Below, one piece after another: positions 18,647-27,425 of a stretch of DNA of 64,000 bases (within the stretch, counting starts at the first letter, position 1; each line of letters begins with the position of its first letter). Under the pieces are notes generated by a model. The model was not told where the DNA came from. It searched no databases and saw only the letters and a program-made list of their open reading frames with translations. Origin of the DNA: Candidatus Nomurabacteria bacterium (GTDB lineage Bacteria; Patescibacteriota; Minisyncoccia; Phycocordibacterales; UBA9973); NCBI GenBank assembly GCA_052035405.1, contig JBPOHQ010000004.1, positions 70,687-134,686 of the forward strand, in the 5' to 3' direction. A program made the position numbers and the translations under genes.

Positions 18647-19291
18647 ATGGAAAATCTTCCTTTAGCAAATATCCCCTTTGAGCATTTGTCCCCCATTTGG
18701 TTTGTTTTGATTGCTATCGTAGCAAATGCATTCCCTCCTGTACCTGAAGAAATATTTCTCTTGTATTTTGGCTACCTTGCGAACATTCGACCTGACATCA
18801 TATCTTTCTGGCAGATAAACCTTTTTCTCATTATAGGATTCTTACTTATAGACTCGCTCGTATACCACCTCGCATTAAAAGGACACAAGGTAATACACTT
18901 TATACTTAAAAAGATTTTAGACGTAAACCTAGACGAGAAAGAAGAATTCTTAAATAAGCATATCTATAAAATAATATTCATATCTCGTTTCCTCGTTCAA
19001 CTCAGAGCATTGGGCCCTATTACAGCTGCACGACTCAAACTCCCTTTTAAAAATTTTCTGAAAATGGACTTTTTAGCACTTGTGGTATATGTGCCGACAG
19101 TCATGGGTATCGGATACTACTTTGCTCATAGCGTAGAAAAGATATTTTCTGGAACAAAAGTCATAAACAACATCATGTTTTCAGGGGTTATTATCCTCAT
19201 TTCTTTAATCATCTTAAAAAGATTAAGAAAAATACTTCTAAGTGAATTCAAAGGAGAGACGAACCACATAAAATCATTTCTAAAAATGTAA
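18647..19291 (+). CDS. DedA/VTT-domain family membrane protein
   Basis: 214 aa polytopic; motifs AFPPVPEEIFLLYFGY and SRFLVQLRALGPITAARLKLP resemble the DedA F/PxPGE...G and RF(L)P.R...G signatures. Confidence 0.5.
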   Translation: MENLPLANIPFEHLSPIWFVLIAIVANAFPPVPEEIFLLYFGYLANIRPDIISFWQINLFLIIGFLLIDSLVYHLALKGHKVIHFILKKILDVNLDEKEEFLNKHIYKIIFISRFLVQLRALGPITAARLKLPFKNFLKMDFLALVVYVPTVMGIGYYFAHSVEKIFSGTKVINNIMFSGVIILISLIILKRLRKILLSEFKGETNHIKSFLKM

Positions 19292-19312
19292 TTTTTTAAT
19301 TTATATGATAAA

Positions 19313-19696
19313 GTGGTGTTTATGGATTTAATCAATAAATTTGATGAAAGTGGCCACATGATGAGCCCTGAGCTTCCAAAAGAAGTCAGAAATTATTTAA
19401 TAGATATAGACGGTACTGTCTGTGAAGACATCCCAAATGAAGAACCAGAACGCATGCTCACTGCAAAAGAGATAGATGGAGCAAAAGAAGCGGTAAATAC
19501 ATTTTTTGATCAAGGACACAAAATAACCTTTTTTACTTCTCGCACTGAAGCTCATAGAGTGAACACTGAAACGTGGCTTAAAGAACATGGATTCAACTAC
19601 CATGGAATAATTTTTGGGAAACCTCGTGGTGGCAACTACTATTTTATAGACGACAAGCTAGAGAAAGGGATAAAATTTAAAGGCTCTTTTGAATAA
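19313..19696 (+). CDS. HAD-superfamily phosphatase-like protein
   Basis: 127 aa; DxDxT nucleophile motif (IDIDGTV), FTSR (motif II Ser/Thr), C-terminal GKP...DD resembling HAD motifs III/IV. Confidence 0.5.
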   Translation: MVFMDLINKFDESGHMMSPELPKEVRNYLIDIDGTVCEDIPNEEPERMLTAKEIDGAKEAVNTFFDQGHKITFFTSRTEAHRVNTETWLKEHGFNYHGIIFGKPRGGNYYFIDDKLEKGIKFKGSFE

Positions 19697-19718
19697 TTTA
19701 TGAAAAACATGGATTAGA

Positions 19719-20723
19719 TTGTATAATATAAGGATGGAAAAACTTATAGAAAATTTTAGTGCTCACATACAAGAAGCAATTACTATAGGGGAAAATGCTT
19801 CCTTGTCACAACCAACAACAACTTTAAAAAATGTATTAATCACTGGTATGGGAGGCTCAGGCATAGGCGGTACAATAGCTTCAGAAATAGCCTCTGTTGA
19901 ATCATCTCTACCCTTTTCAATTAGTAAAGGATATTCTATCCCCCAATTTGTCAGTAAAGACACTCTTGTCATTGTATCCTCATACTCTGGAGGCACCGAA
20001 GAAACAATTAGTGCCATGAAAAAAGCACAAGCAAAGGGTGCAAAAATAGTGTGCATTACTTCAGGTGGCGAAGTAGAGAAAATTGCAAAAGAAAACAACA
20101 TTGACCACATCATAATCCCAGGGGGTATGCCACCTCGATCAGCACTTGGATACTCACTCGTGCAAATGTTTTTTATCTTTAATTATTTTGGACTCATACA
20201 AGATAGTTTTAAAAACGATTTACTTGCTGCTGTAGAGTTATTAAACAAAGAACAAAATAATATAAAAGAATCAGCAAAGAAAATAGCTGAAAAACTCTAT
20301 GGTACTCTGCCTGTCATCTACGCCCCTTATGGCTCAGAAGGTATAGCCGTACGTTTCAAACAACAATTAAATGAAAACGCAAAAATGCTCTGTTGGTACG
20401 GTGTTGTTCCTGAAATGAACCACAACGAACTCGTCGGCTGGGCTGGTGGCAATGAGCACATCTCAGTGGTTATTTTTAGAAATGACGGAGACTACCTTCG
20501 TATCGCAAAAAGAATAGATATTTCAAAGGAAGTAATCTCAAAGTATACTCAAAATATCATAGAAATATACTCAAAAGGAGCTTCCCTTATAGAAAAGGCT
20601 CTCTATCATATACACACAGGCGACTATATTTCTTTTTACCTTGCACAGATGAAGGAAGTTGATGTGACCGATATCAAAGTTATTGAATATTTAAAGGCTT
20701 CTTTAACAGAAGTAAAAGATTAA
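19719..20723 (+). CDS. bifunctional phosphoglucose/phosphomannose isomerase (SIS-domain PGI/PMI family)
   Basis: 334 aa; two SIS-like halves, GMGGSGIGG sugar-phosphate binding loop, archaeal-type PGI/PMI length. Confidence 0.65.
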   Translation: MYNIRMEKLIENFSAHIQEAITIGENASLSQPTTTLKNVLITGMGGSGIGGTIASEIASVESSLPFSISKGYSIPQFVSKDTLVIVSSYSGGTEETISAMKKAQAKGAKIVCITSGGEVEKIAKENNIDHIIIPGGMPPRSALGYSLVQMFFIFNYFGLIQDSFKNDLLAAVELLNKEQNNIKESAKKIAEKLYGTLPVIYAPYGSEGIAVRFKQQLNENAKMLCWYGVVPEMNHNELVGWAGGNEHISVVIFRNDGDYLRIAKRIDISKEVISKYTQNIIEIYSKGASLIEKALYHIHTGDYISFYLAQMKEVDVTDIKVIEYLKASLTEVKD

Positions 20724-20762
20724 AAATTTGTAATATATTAGGCGTTTGCTTCGTCTACTAGT

Positions 20763-21272
20763 ATGGAAGAACATAAAAAACAATTCGAGGAGTGCTACAA
20801 CTTGCATGCAGATGCGATATACAGATTTTGTGTATATAAAGTCAGCGACAGCAAGCAAGCCGAAGATCTCACATCCGAAGCCTTTATAAGGCTTTGGGAA
20901 TATATGGTTGATGGTAAAAAAATAGACAACCTTAAGAGTTTTTTATATCAGATAGTTAGGAATTTGATAATAGATTTTTATAGGAAGAAAAAATCTAGTT
21001 CGCTTGATAAGATGCAAGAAGAAGGATTTGAGCCTTCGAACGAGGATTACGAGAAAATACAGAATCTTTCTGAGATTCGTATAGCTAGTGAAATCATAAA
21101 TACTTTAGAGGATAAATACAGAGACATCATTTACATGAAGCTCGTTGAGGAAATGGATTTAAAAGAAATTGCAAAAACATTACATATAACGATAAATAAT
21201 GCAACCGTAAGACTTCATCGAGGGTTAAAACACTTACAAAGAATTATTCAAAATAAAGAAAATGAAAACTAG
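20763..21272 (+). CDS. RNA polymerase ECF-type sigma-70 factor
   Basis: 169 aa; sigma-70 region 2 (ADAIYRFCVYKVSDSKQAEDLTSEAFIRLWEY) and region 4 HTH (DLKEIAKTLHITINNATVRLHRGLKHL). Confidence 0.8.
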   Translation: MEEHKKQFEECYNLHADAIYRFCVYKVSDSKQAEDLTSEAFIRLWEYMVDGKKIDNLKSFLYQIVRNLIIDFYRKKKSSSLDKMQEEGFEPSNEDYEKIQNLSEIRIASEIINTLEDKYRDIIYMKLVEEMDLKEIAKTLHITINNATVRLHRGLKHLQRIIQNKENEN

Positions 21273-22134
21273 CAAACAAGAACAATTTAATAAAGGTATA
21301 GAAAGACTTAAAAACACTCATCTATCTTTAGATGCAAAAAACTCCATCAAAGAACGTCTCTCTATTCACACAAAAACTTATATTCCAAAAATAAAGACTC
21401 CGTATTTTACCCATATTCATTTTTCATATAGAGCTGTAATCATATCTTTTGTTTTAGTTTTTTCTTTATCTATAGGCACAACGTATGCTTCTTTTAGTAG
21501 CCTACCAGGGGATGTACTCTACCCCATCAAAACAAATTTTACAGAACCGATGATAAAATTTACCAAAAAAACAAAAGAAGAAAAAGAGGCCTTCGATTTA
21601 GTTTTAGCTGACACGAGAATCTCTGAAATTGAAGAACTCATAAAAAAAGACACAATAACTGAAGCTAAACTTGATGCAAATTTAGCATTATTTGAAAAAC
21701 ATTTAGACGAAATAAAGAGAGACAGAAGTGAAAAAGAAAAAACAAAAGAAAGTAACGAAAAAGAATCTTTGGATACAGCAGTTTTACTTAAAGTGGACTT
21801 AGGTTCTGAAGAAGAAAAACAAAACGACTCAGACTCTCGTATCAATAAATATAGAGATATAATACTTTCAAAACCAAGCTTGAATGATTTTTACGAAAAA
21901 AAAGCCAAGACAAAATTAGATTCTAGACGAAATAAAAGTGAACAGAAAGAAGCTGAAGAAAAGACAAAAACAGTAGAGGAAAAAGGAGGGAAAGAAATTA
22001 GAAATTCAAAAGATGATAAAAGTTCAGAAAACAAAGAAAAAAATAATAATATCCACGAAACAGAAATAGAGTCAGAACACGAATTAGAGCTTGAAGATGA
22101 TGATATATTAGATATCAATATTCTAAATAGATAA
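21262..22134 (+). CDS. membrane-anchored protein coupled to the ECF sigma factor (DUF5667-like / candidate anti-sigma factor) with highly charged K/E-rich C-terminal half
   Basis: Start overlaps sigma stop by 11 nt; single TM (VIISFVLVFSLSIGTTYA) ~60 aa from N-terminus; C-terminal 150 aa almost entirely K/E/D/S. Confidence 0.5.
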   Translation: MKTSKQEQFNKGIERLKNTHLSLDAKNSIKERLSIHTKTYIPKIKTPYFTHIHFSYRAVIISFVLVFSLSIGTTYASFSSLPGDVLYPIKTNFTEPMIKFTKKTKEEKEAFDLVLADTRISEIEELIKKDTITEAKLDANLALFEKHLDEIKRDRSEKEKTKESNEKESLDTAVLLKVDLGSEEEKQNDSDSRINKYRDIILSKPSLNDFYEKKAKTKLDSRRNKSEQKEAEEKTKTVEEKGGKEIRNSKDDKSSENKEKNNNIHETEIESEHELELEDDDILDINILNR

Positions 22135-22142
22135 AATATGTA

Positions 22143-23453
22143 TTAGTACTTTTCCAGCCACTCTTTCTCTTGTCTCACTAAAAGATTTTTCTTCTTTTTT
22201 TGATCTTTTAATAATACCTCAACGGCTCGTTCCATACGCATACCCTGAGAACCTTTAACTAGCACAACGTCACCTTCTCGTATTGTATTTCTTACAAATT
22301 CACCTGCGTCACGTGCATTAAAAAATTCAAAAATATTTTCCTCTGGCATACCAGCATTTTGTGCACCAGTCTTGATAAAATGTGCCCTAGATCCTACAAC
22401 CACCAAAATAGTACAAATTTCTTTAGCAATATTCCCTATTGCAACGTGAGCCTCTTCTGTGTGTTTACCGAGCTCAAGCATGTCGCCCAAAACCGCTATT
22501 TTTCTCCCAAAGGTATTCACTTCTTGCAATCTTTTTAGGGCTGCCTCACAAGCAAATGGAGAAGAATTATACGTATCATCGATGATTGTAGAATATTTTG
22601 CACCCTCCAGCAATCTCATTCTACCTTTTGGTACATCGTAATTTTTCAATGCGTCTATAGCTTCTAAAATATTTATTTTAAATTCACTAACCACAGCGAG
22701 AGAAGCGATAGATGCGTATAAATGATTTATTCCAAAAGCACCATTTATAATGACAGGAAGACTTTTACCATTTTCATTTAATTTGAAAGATATACCTAGA
22801 GGAATATTTTTTTTATTAGTATCCTTTGTACCATAAAATATATTTTCACTTGAAGCAACAAAATCTGCTTCTGAATTAAATCCATATGTTATTACCCGAC
22901 ACTTTGTTTTAAATTTCATCTCTAAAACACTCTCGTCATCAGCATTTAAAACCAACAGACCTGTTTTTTTTAAAGTTTTTATCAGAAGACTTTTTTCTTC
23001 AATAAGATGTTTTTTTGAATTAAAAAATTCTATGTGTGGAGGTATCTGTCCTATCGCTGTGATTATAACAATATCAGTACTAAGCCATGAAGCCGTTTCC
23101 TTCATATCTCCAGGCCTACCTACTCCTACTTCCAAAATAAGCCATTCTGGATATTCATGCGGCCAAATAATAAGCCATAATCCTTTTAGGATATTTTTAA
23201 TCCAAAGAACAGAGTCATTCCATCCATTTGGAATTCCTAACACAACTAATGGTAAACCTATCTGACTGTTATAACTTTTTTCAGTTTTACGTACATAACA
23301 AAAAGGAGACAACACATTATACAATGCATCTTTAGTTGAAGTTTTACCAATAGAACCTGTAATAGCTACAATTTTTGGTTTATACTTTTTAAGTACAAGC
23401 TGTGACTCTGTTTTTAAAATCCAAATAAGGATTTTTTTGAATATATTTTTCAT
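22143..23453 (-). CDS. murF: UDP-N-acetylmuramoyl-tripeptide--D-alanyl-D-alanine ligase
   Basis: Mur ligase architecture with P-loop GSIGKTSTK, DxxYNSSP motif (DDTYNSSP), dcw cluster position after ftsI. Confidence 0.8.
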   Translation of the reverse strand: MKNIFKKILIWILKTESQLVLKKYKPKIVAITGSIGKTSTKDALYNVLSPFCYVRKTEKSYNSQIGLPLVVLGIPNGWNDSVLWIKNILKGLWLIIWPHEYPEWLILEVGVGRPGDMKETASWLSTDIVIITAIGQIPPHIEFFNSKKHLIEEKSLLIKTLKKTGLLVLNADDESVLEMKFKTKCRVITYGFNSEADFVASSENIFYGTKDTNKKNIPLGISFKLNENGKSLPVIINGAFGINHLYASIASLAVVSEFKINILEAIDALKNYDVPKGRMRLLEGAKYSTIIDDTYNSSPFACEAALKRLQEVNTFGRKIAVLGDMLELGKHTEEAHVAIGNIAKEICTILVVVGSRAHFIKTGAQNAGMPEENIFEFFNARDAGEFVRNTIREGDVVLVKGSQGMRMERAVEVLLKDQKKKKNLLVRQEKEWLEKY

Positions 23454-23455
23454 AG

Positions 23456-25168
23456 TTATCTATCTGGAGGTAGTTCGTAATAGTTAATTAAAAATTTAAC
23501 AACACGGAGAAATGGATCAGCCCATGTTTGTGCAGCATACGGAACACCTTTTGGATTGACTGCGTATAAAAAGACAATAAATTTAGGATCATAGGCAGGA
23601 AGATACCCAAAAAATGAATGAGTGTTCCTGTCTTCATAGTAGCCCCCAGTAACATTATTCGCAACTTGAGCTGTTCCTGTTTTAATGGCAATACTATAAT
23701 TATCAATTTTACCAAGCCCTCCTTTAAGTGATTTATCCATCACAGTTACCAACATACGAGTAATTTCTTCACTGGTTTCTTTAGAGATTTTAGTTTGTTT
23801 TGTAGGATATATTAAATCTTCCTCTGTACCATCGTCATATTTTATTTTTTTTCCTAAATGAGGTGTCACTAATATTCCACCATTAGAAAGTGCCGAGAGT
23901 GCCCTCACTAACTCTACTGGAGTCAGAGCGATTCCTTGACCGAATGCAGCATTTGCATATTCTAGCTCACGTGGACTATTCAAGTTCGCCACAAGACCAC
24001 TAGTTTCGTTTGGTAAATCAATTCCTGTTTTTTCTTTAATACCAAAAGAAAGCATATAATCTCGCATCCGTTCTTTACCTAATTTCTGATATGCAAAAAC
24101 CATACCGGTATTCAAAGATTGATTAAGCACGTCTTGCATGCTTGTACCTGGACCACGTCCCTTTTTGTCGAAATTAAATATTTCTCTCTTCTCAACTATA
24201 ACAGAACCAGTATCAGTGTATGTCGTGCTTGCCTTAAGTACTCCAGCATCAAGTGCACTTGCCATAACGATCGGTTTTACGACAGAACCAAACTCCAACA
24301 CATTTTCAACCAATGGGTTTGAAAACAATTTTGGATTTTGAACTTGTGAAAAGTTGTTTAAATCAAAACTAGGCAATGAAGATAAAGCATATATAGAGCC
24401 GTCGGTAGGGTTCATAATAATTCCTCCTATAGAATCTGCATTATATGTATCTCGTACATTTGCTAATTCTTTTTCTAAAAAACTCTGAACGCTTGGCTCA
24501 ATGGTCGTAACGATATCTCCTCTTTTTGAATCTCCTTTAAATAAAGTTTTATTTATATTAGAAAATACTTCTGCAAAGAAATTGACGTAAGGATTATCTT
24601 TATCCCGGGTCAACTCTTTATTGTAGGTTCTCTCTAATCCATACCGTCCTGCGAGCGAATCTCCACTATAGGCCACAAAACCGAGCGTATGTGCTGCCAT
24701 GGAGTTACCTGGATAAAATCGCCATTTCTCTTTAAAAATTTTTACTCCCGTTAGGTCAAATGCTGAGATGGCATCTGCTTGTGTTTTCGTCAGATGATAA
24801 GCTAACTCTTCATATGGATCTTCTTTTTTAGCAACTTTTTTGAAAAATTCTTCTTCGTCTAAGTCTACAATAGTAGACAATTTTTGATATACCAATTTTT
24901 GATCTTTTATATCTTTTGGTGTGATCGCAAGTTTAAAACCAGAAGCTTGAGTCGCTCCAGAAACAAGGTTTCCATCTTTTTTGGTAAAAAAAATGGTTCC
25001 ACGCTCAAATATGTTTGAAGCTGGTGTTACGTACTGCCGAATCGCTTCATCAGCATAAAAATTACGATGAACGATCTGTGTCAAAAACAACTTGCCAATA
25101 AGAATCAGTGAAAATAGCAAGACTAAAATGAGTAGTATATTTGTTCTAAAAGAAAACTCAGATTTCAT
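23456..25168 (-). CDS. ftsI: penicillin-binding protein 2 / FtsI-type transpeptidase
   Basis: N-terminal TM anchor, PBP dimerisation region, transpeptidase motifs SVVK (SxxK), SLN (SxN), KTG (AIKTGTAQV). Confidence 0.85.
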   Translation of the reverse strand: MKSEFSFRTNILLILVLLFSLILIGKLFLTQIVHRNFYADEAIRQYVTPASNIFERGTIFFTKKDGNLVSGATQASGFKLAITPKDIKDQKLVYQKLSTIVDLDEEEFFKKVAKKEDPYEELAYHLTKTQADAISAFDLTGVKIFKEKWRFYPGNSMAAHTLGFVAYSGDSLAGRYGLERTYNKELTRDKDNPYVNFFAEVFSNINKTLFKGDSKRGDIVTTIEPSVQSFLEKELANVRDTYNADSIGGIIMNPTDGSIYALSSLPSFDLNNFSQVQNPKLFSNPLVENVLEFGSVVKPIVMASALDAGVLKASTTYTDTGSVIVEKREIFNFDKKGRGPGTSMQDVLNQSLNTGMVFAYQKLGKERMRDYMLSFGIKEKTGIDLPNETSGLVANLNSPRELEYANAAFGQGIALTPVELVRALSALSNGGILVTPHLGKKIKYDDGTEEDLIYPTKQTKISKETSEEITRMLVTVMDKSLKGGLGKIDNYSIAIKTGTAQVANNVTGGYYEDRNTHSFFGYLPAYDPKFIVFLYAVNPKGVPYAAQTWADPFLRVVKFLINYYELPPDR

Positions 25169-25532
25169 TTTGAGCTAATTGTATATTTCTTTCTTTAAGT
25201 GTATTAAATCCTAGAGGTTGACGTACAGCAAATGCAGGTTTTGCCTCTATAAACCCAAGAGAATGTGATAATTCAAGATCAACACCAGAGGTCATAGATA
25301 GGTAAGTTAATTCCAACTCACTGATATCAGTAGCCAATGCTCTAGAATCATTTTCAAATCCTTTTCTTTCAATAACAGCAAGAATCATAGTACTCAAAAC
25401 TATCACATAAAGAACTGCTAACACCCCAAACGATACCAAAATAGCACGAAACATACGCTCTCGAAGATTGCTGTTGTCTACAATAGACACTCCCCTTTTA
25501 TAATTTTTTACTCTTTGTTGAATTTCTTTCAT
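25158..25532 (-). CDS. cell division protein FtsL-like (small bitopic protein)
   Basis: 124 aa, single TM then coiled-coil; located between rsmH and ftsI as ftsL is in dcw clusters; overlaps ftsI start. Confidence 0.5.
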   Translation of the reverse strand: MKEIQQRVKNYKRGVSIVDNSNLRERMFRAILVSFGVLAVLYVIVLSTMILAVIERKGFENDSRALATDISELELTYLSMTSGVDLELSHSLGFIEAKPAFAVRQPLGFNTLKERNIQLAQNEI

Positions 25533-25536
25533 GTTA

Positions 25537-26442
25537 TTATTTTATTTTTTCTATGATTCTTAATTTTGCACTTCTCGACCTGTTATTTTTTTTTAATTCT
25601 TCTTCTCCTGCTATAATTGGCTTTTTTGTTATTAAAATCGCATCACCATCATCTTTCTTTTTTTTATAAAAATTTTTTACAATTCGGTCTTCCAAGCTAT
25701 GAAACGCTATGACTGACATCCTCTTATCTTTTTTTAAAATTTCAAAACCTCCCTCAAGCCCTTTTTCCAAACTGGTCAACTCGTCGTTGACTGCTATACG
25801 TAGGGCCTGAAACGTTCTTGTAGCAAAATGAATCTTACCCTTTGTATACTTTGCTTTAATGGAATTTCGTATTACCTCTACTAATTCAAATGTTGTACTT
25901 ATCTCTTTTTCTTCTCTTGCGAGAACTATGCCTTTTGCTATTCTGCGTGCTAGTTTTTCTTCACCATATCCATAAATAATATCCGCAAGACTTTCTTCAC
26001 TCCACGTATTCACAATTTCCTTTGCAGTGACGTCGTCTTCATTTGGATTCTCTTTCATGGTCATATACAGCGGTTCATCTTTCATAAAAGAAAAGCCTCT
26101 TCCTGCATTTTCTAATTGATCAGAGCTCAATCCTAAATCCAAAACAACACCATCTACCCTTTCGATTTCCAACCCACGAACAAGTAGTTGTATATCTCTA
26201 AAATTTCCGTTAAGAAAAGTTATTCTATCCTCAAAACCCTTAAATTTAGCTTCTGCTTTACTCCATGCACTGTTGTCTTGATCTATGGCAATTACTTTTG
26301 CCTTTGGAAAATTCTTTAATATATAGATGCTGTGACCCCCTCCTCCAAAGGTACCGTCTACAACGATACTTTCTTCTTTAGAATTTAAATCTAACCCTTC
26401 TATTGTTTCTTTTAAAAGAACTGTCTTATGAACTGTTTGCAT
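25537..26442 (-). CDS. rsmH: 16S rRNA (cytosine1402-N4)-methyltransferase
   Basis: HKTVLLKETIEGL..VDGTFGGGGHS SAM-binding start typical of RsmH/MraW; follows mraZ. Confidence 0.88.
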   Translation of the reverse strand: MQTVHKTVLLKETIEGLDLNSKEESIVVDGTFGGGGHSIYILKNFPKAKVIAIDQDNSAWSKAEAKFKGFEDRITFLNGNFRDIQLLVRGLEIERVDGVVLDLGLSSDQLENAGRGFSFMKDEPLYMTMKENPNEDDVTAKEIVNTWSEESLADIIYGYGEEKLARRIAKGIVLAREEKEISTTFELVEVIRNSIKAKYTKGKIHFATRTFQALRIAVNDELTSLEKGLEGGFEILKKDKRMSVIAFHSLEDRIVKNFYKKKKDDGDAILITKKPIIAGEEELKKNNRSRSAKLRIIEKIK

Positions 26443-26886
26443 CTAATTACTGTTTTTACTTAACTTTTCTGCTAATGCATCTGCTTCTTTTTCAACTTTC
26501 TCTTTATATACAGTCCATGCTTTTTCATTCCAGATTTCAACTCGGTCTTCGACTCCCACTACTGCTGCAGAATTCTTCAGGTTAATTCGTTCCTTTAAGA
26601 AAGGAGGTAGAAGAATTCTACCAATCGAATCGACTTCAACTTCCGCTGCACGTCCAAACATGAATCGATTAAAACTTCTCTTGTCTGCAGACAAAAATGA
26701 AAGATCACTCTCAGAATTTGATAATCTCTTTGAGACTTTTTCCCATTCCTTCACTGTAAACACAAACAAACACTGATCAAGTCCAGGTGTAATAATAATT
26801 TTCTTACCCATTTCCTTGCGGAATTTTGAAGGCAAAGACATTCTGTTTTTTTCATCTATGGTATGTATGTATTCGCCAATTAACAT
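26443..26886 (-). CDS. mraZ: transcriptional regulator MraZ
   Basis: 147 aa; two MraZ/SpoVT-AbrB halves, N-terminal LIGEYIHTIDEKNRMSLPSKFR. Confidence 0.88.
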   Translation of the reverse strand: MLIGEYIHTIDEKNRMSLPSKFRKEMGKKIIITPGLDQCLFVFTVKEWEKVSKRLSNSESDLSFLSADKRSFNRFMFGRAAEVEVDSIGRILLPPFLKERINLKNSAAVVGVEDRVEIWNEKAWTVYKEKVEKEADALAEKLSKNSN

Positions 26887-26920
26887 ATGTTTAAGAAATA
26901 ATTATTACAACTTTTCTAAT

Positions 26921-26970
26921 TTCCCACTTTTTCCCACTTGTATTACATTATAAACCACCCTCCCCCACTA
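26921..26970 (-). promoter_or_regulatory. candidate MraZ operator: direct GTGGG repeats upstream of mraZ
   Basis: On the mraZ strand AGTGGGAAAAAGTGGGAAA (two GTGGG with 10-bp periodicity) plus a third GTGGGGGAGGGTGG ~30 nt further upstream, 35-85 nt before the start codon. Confidence 0.5.
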
Positions 26971-26979
26971 CGCAAATTA

Positions 26980-27016
26980 AAAAACACCTTTCTGTGGATA
27001 ACAGAAAGGTGTTTTT
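26980..27016. terminator. rho-independent terminator (AAAAACACCTTTCTGT-ggataa-CAGAAAGGTGTTTTT)
   Basis: Perfect ~14-bp stem flanked by A/T runs on both sides, between the holin-like gene and the mraZ promoter. Confidence 0.7.
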
Positions 27017-27048
27017 AGCTTTTTAAATAAAGGTTAAATACAATATAT

Positions 27049-27399
27049 CTAGTCGTTTTTATCGTGAATCAAAAGTTTATTTCCAACCCAAGTTAGGATT
27101 GATACTACTAACGCTCCTAATACTGCTGGAATGAAACCATCTACACTAAATCCTTCTATAAACGAAGCCACGAACCAGAAGAGTAACCCATTTATCACTA
27201 GAGAAAATAACCCTAGCGTAAGTATTGTGATTGGTAATGCAAGAATATGGAGAATTGGTTTTAAGAAAAAACTCACAAGTCCCCATACGAGTGCAACAAT
27301 AAGTGCGATATAAAAACTAGCGACCGTTATACCAGGTACAAAATACGCTGCACCAAGTACTGATAATGCTACAATTAACCATTTTAATATAAATTTCAT
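27049..27399 (-). CDS. phage-holin-4-2 / YvlD-like small membrane protein
   Basis: 116 aa, 3-4 TM helices, overall resemblance to the DUF360/holin_4_2 family (FVPGITV...GLFSLVINGLLFW). Confidence 0.45.
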   Translation of the reverse strand: MKFILKWLIVALSVLGAAYFVPGITVASFYIALIVALVWGLVSFFLKPILHILALPITILTLGLFSLVINGLLFWFVASFIEGFSVDGFIPAVLGALVVSILTWVGNKLLIHDKND

Positions 27400-27425
27400 A
27401 AATATACGTTAGTTAAAATTAATAA

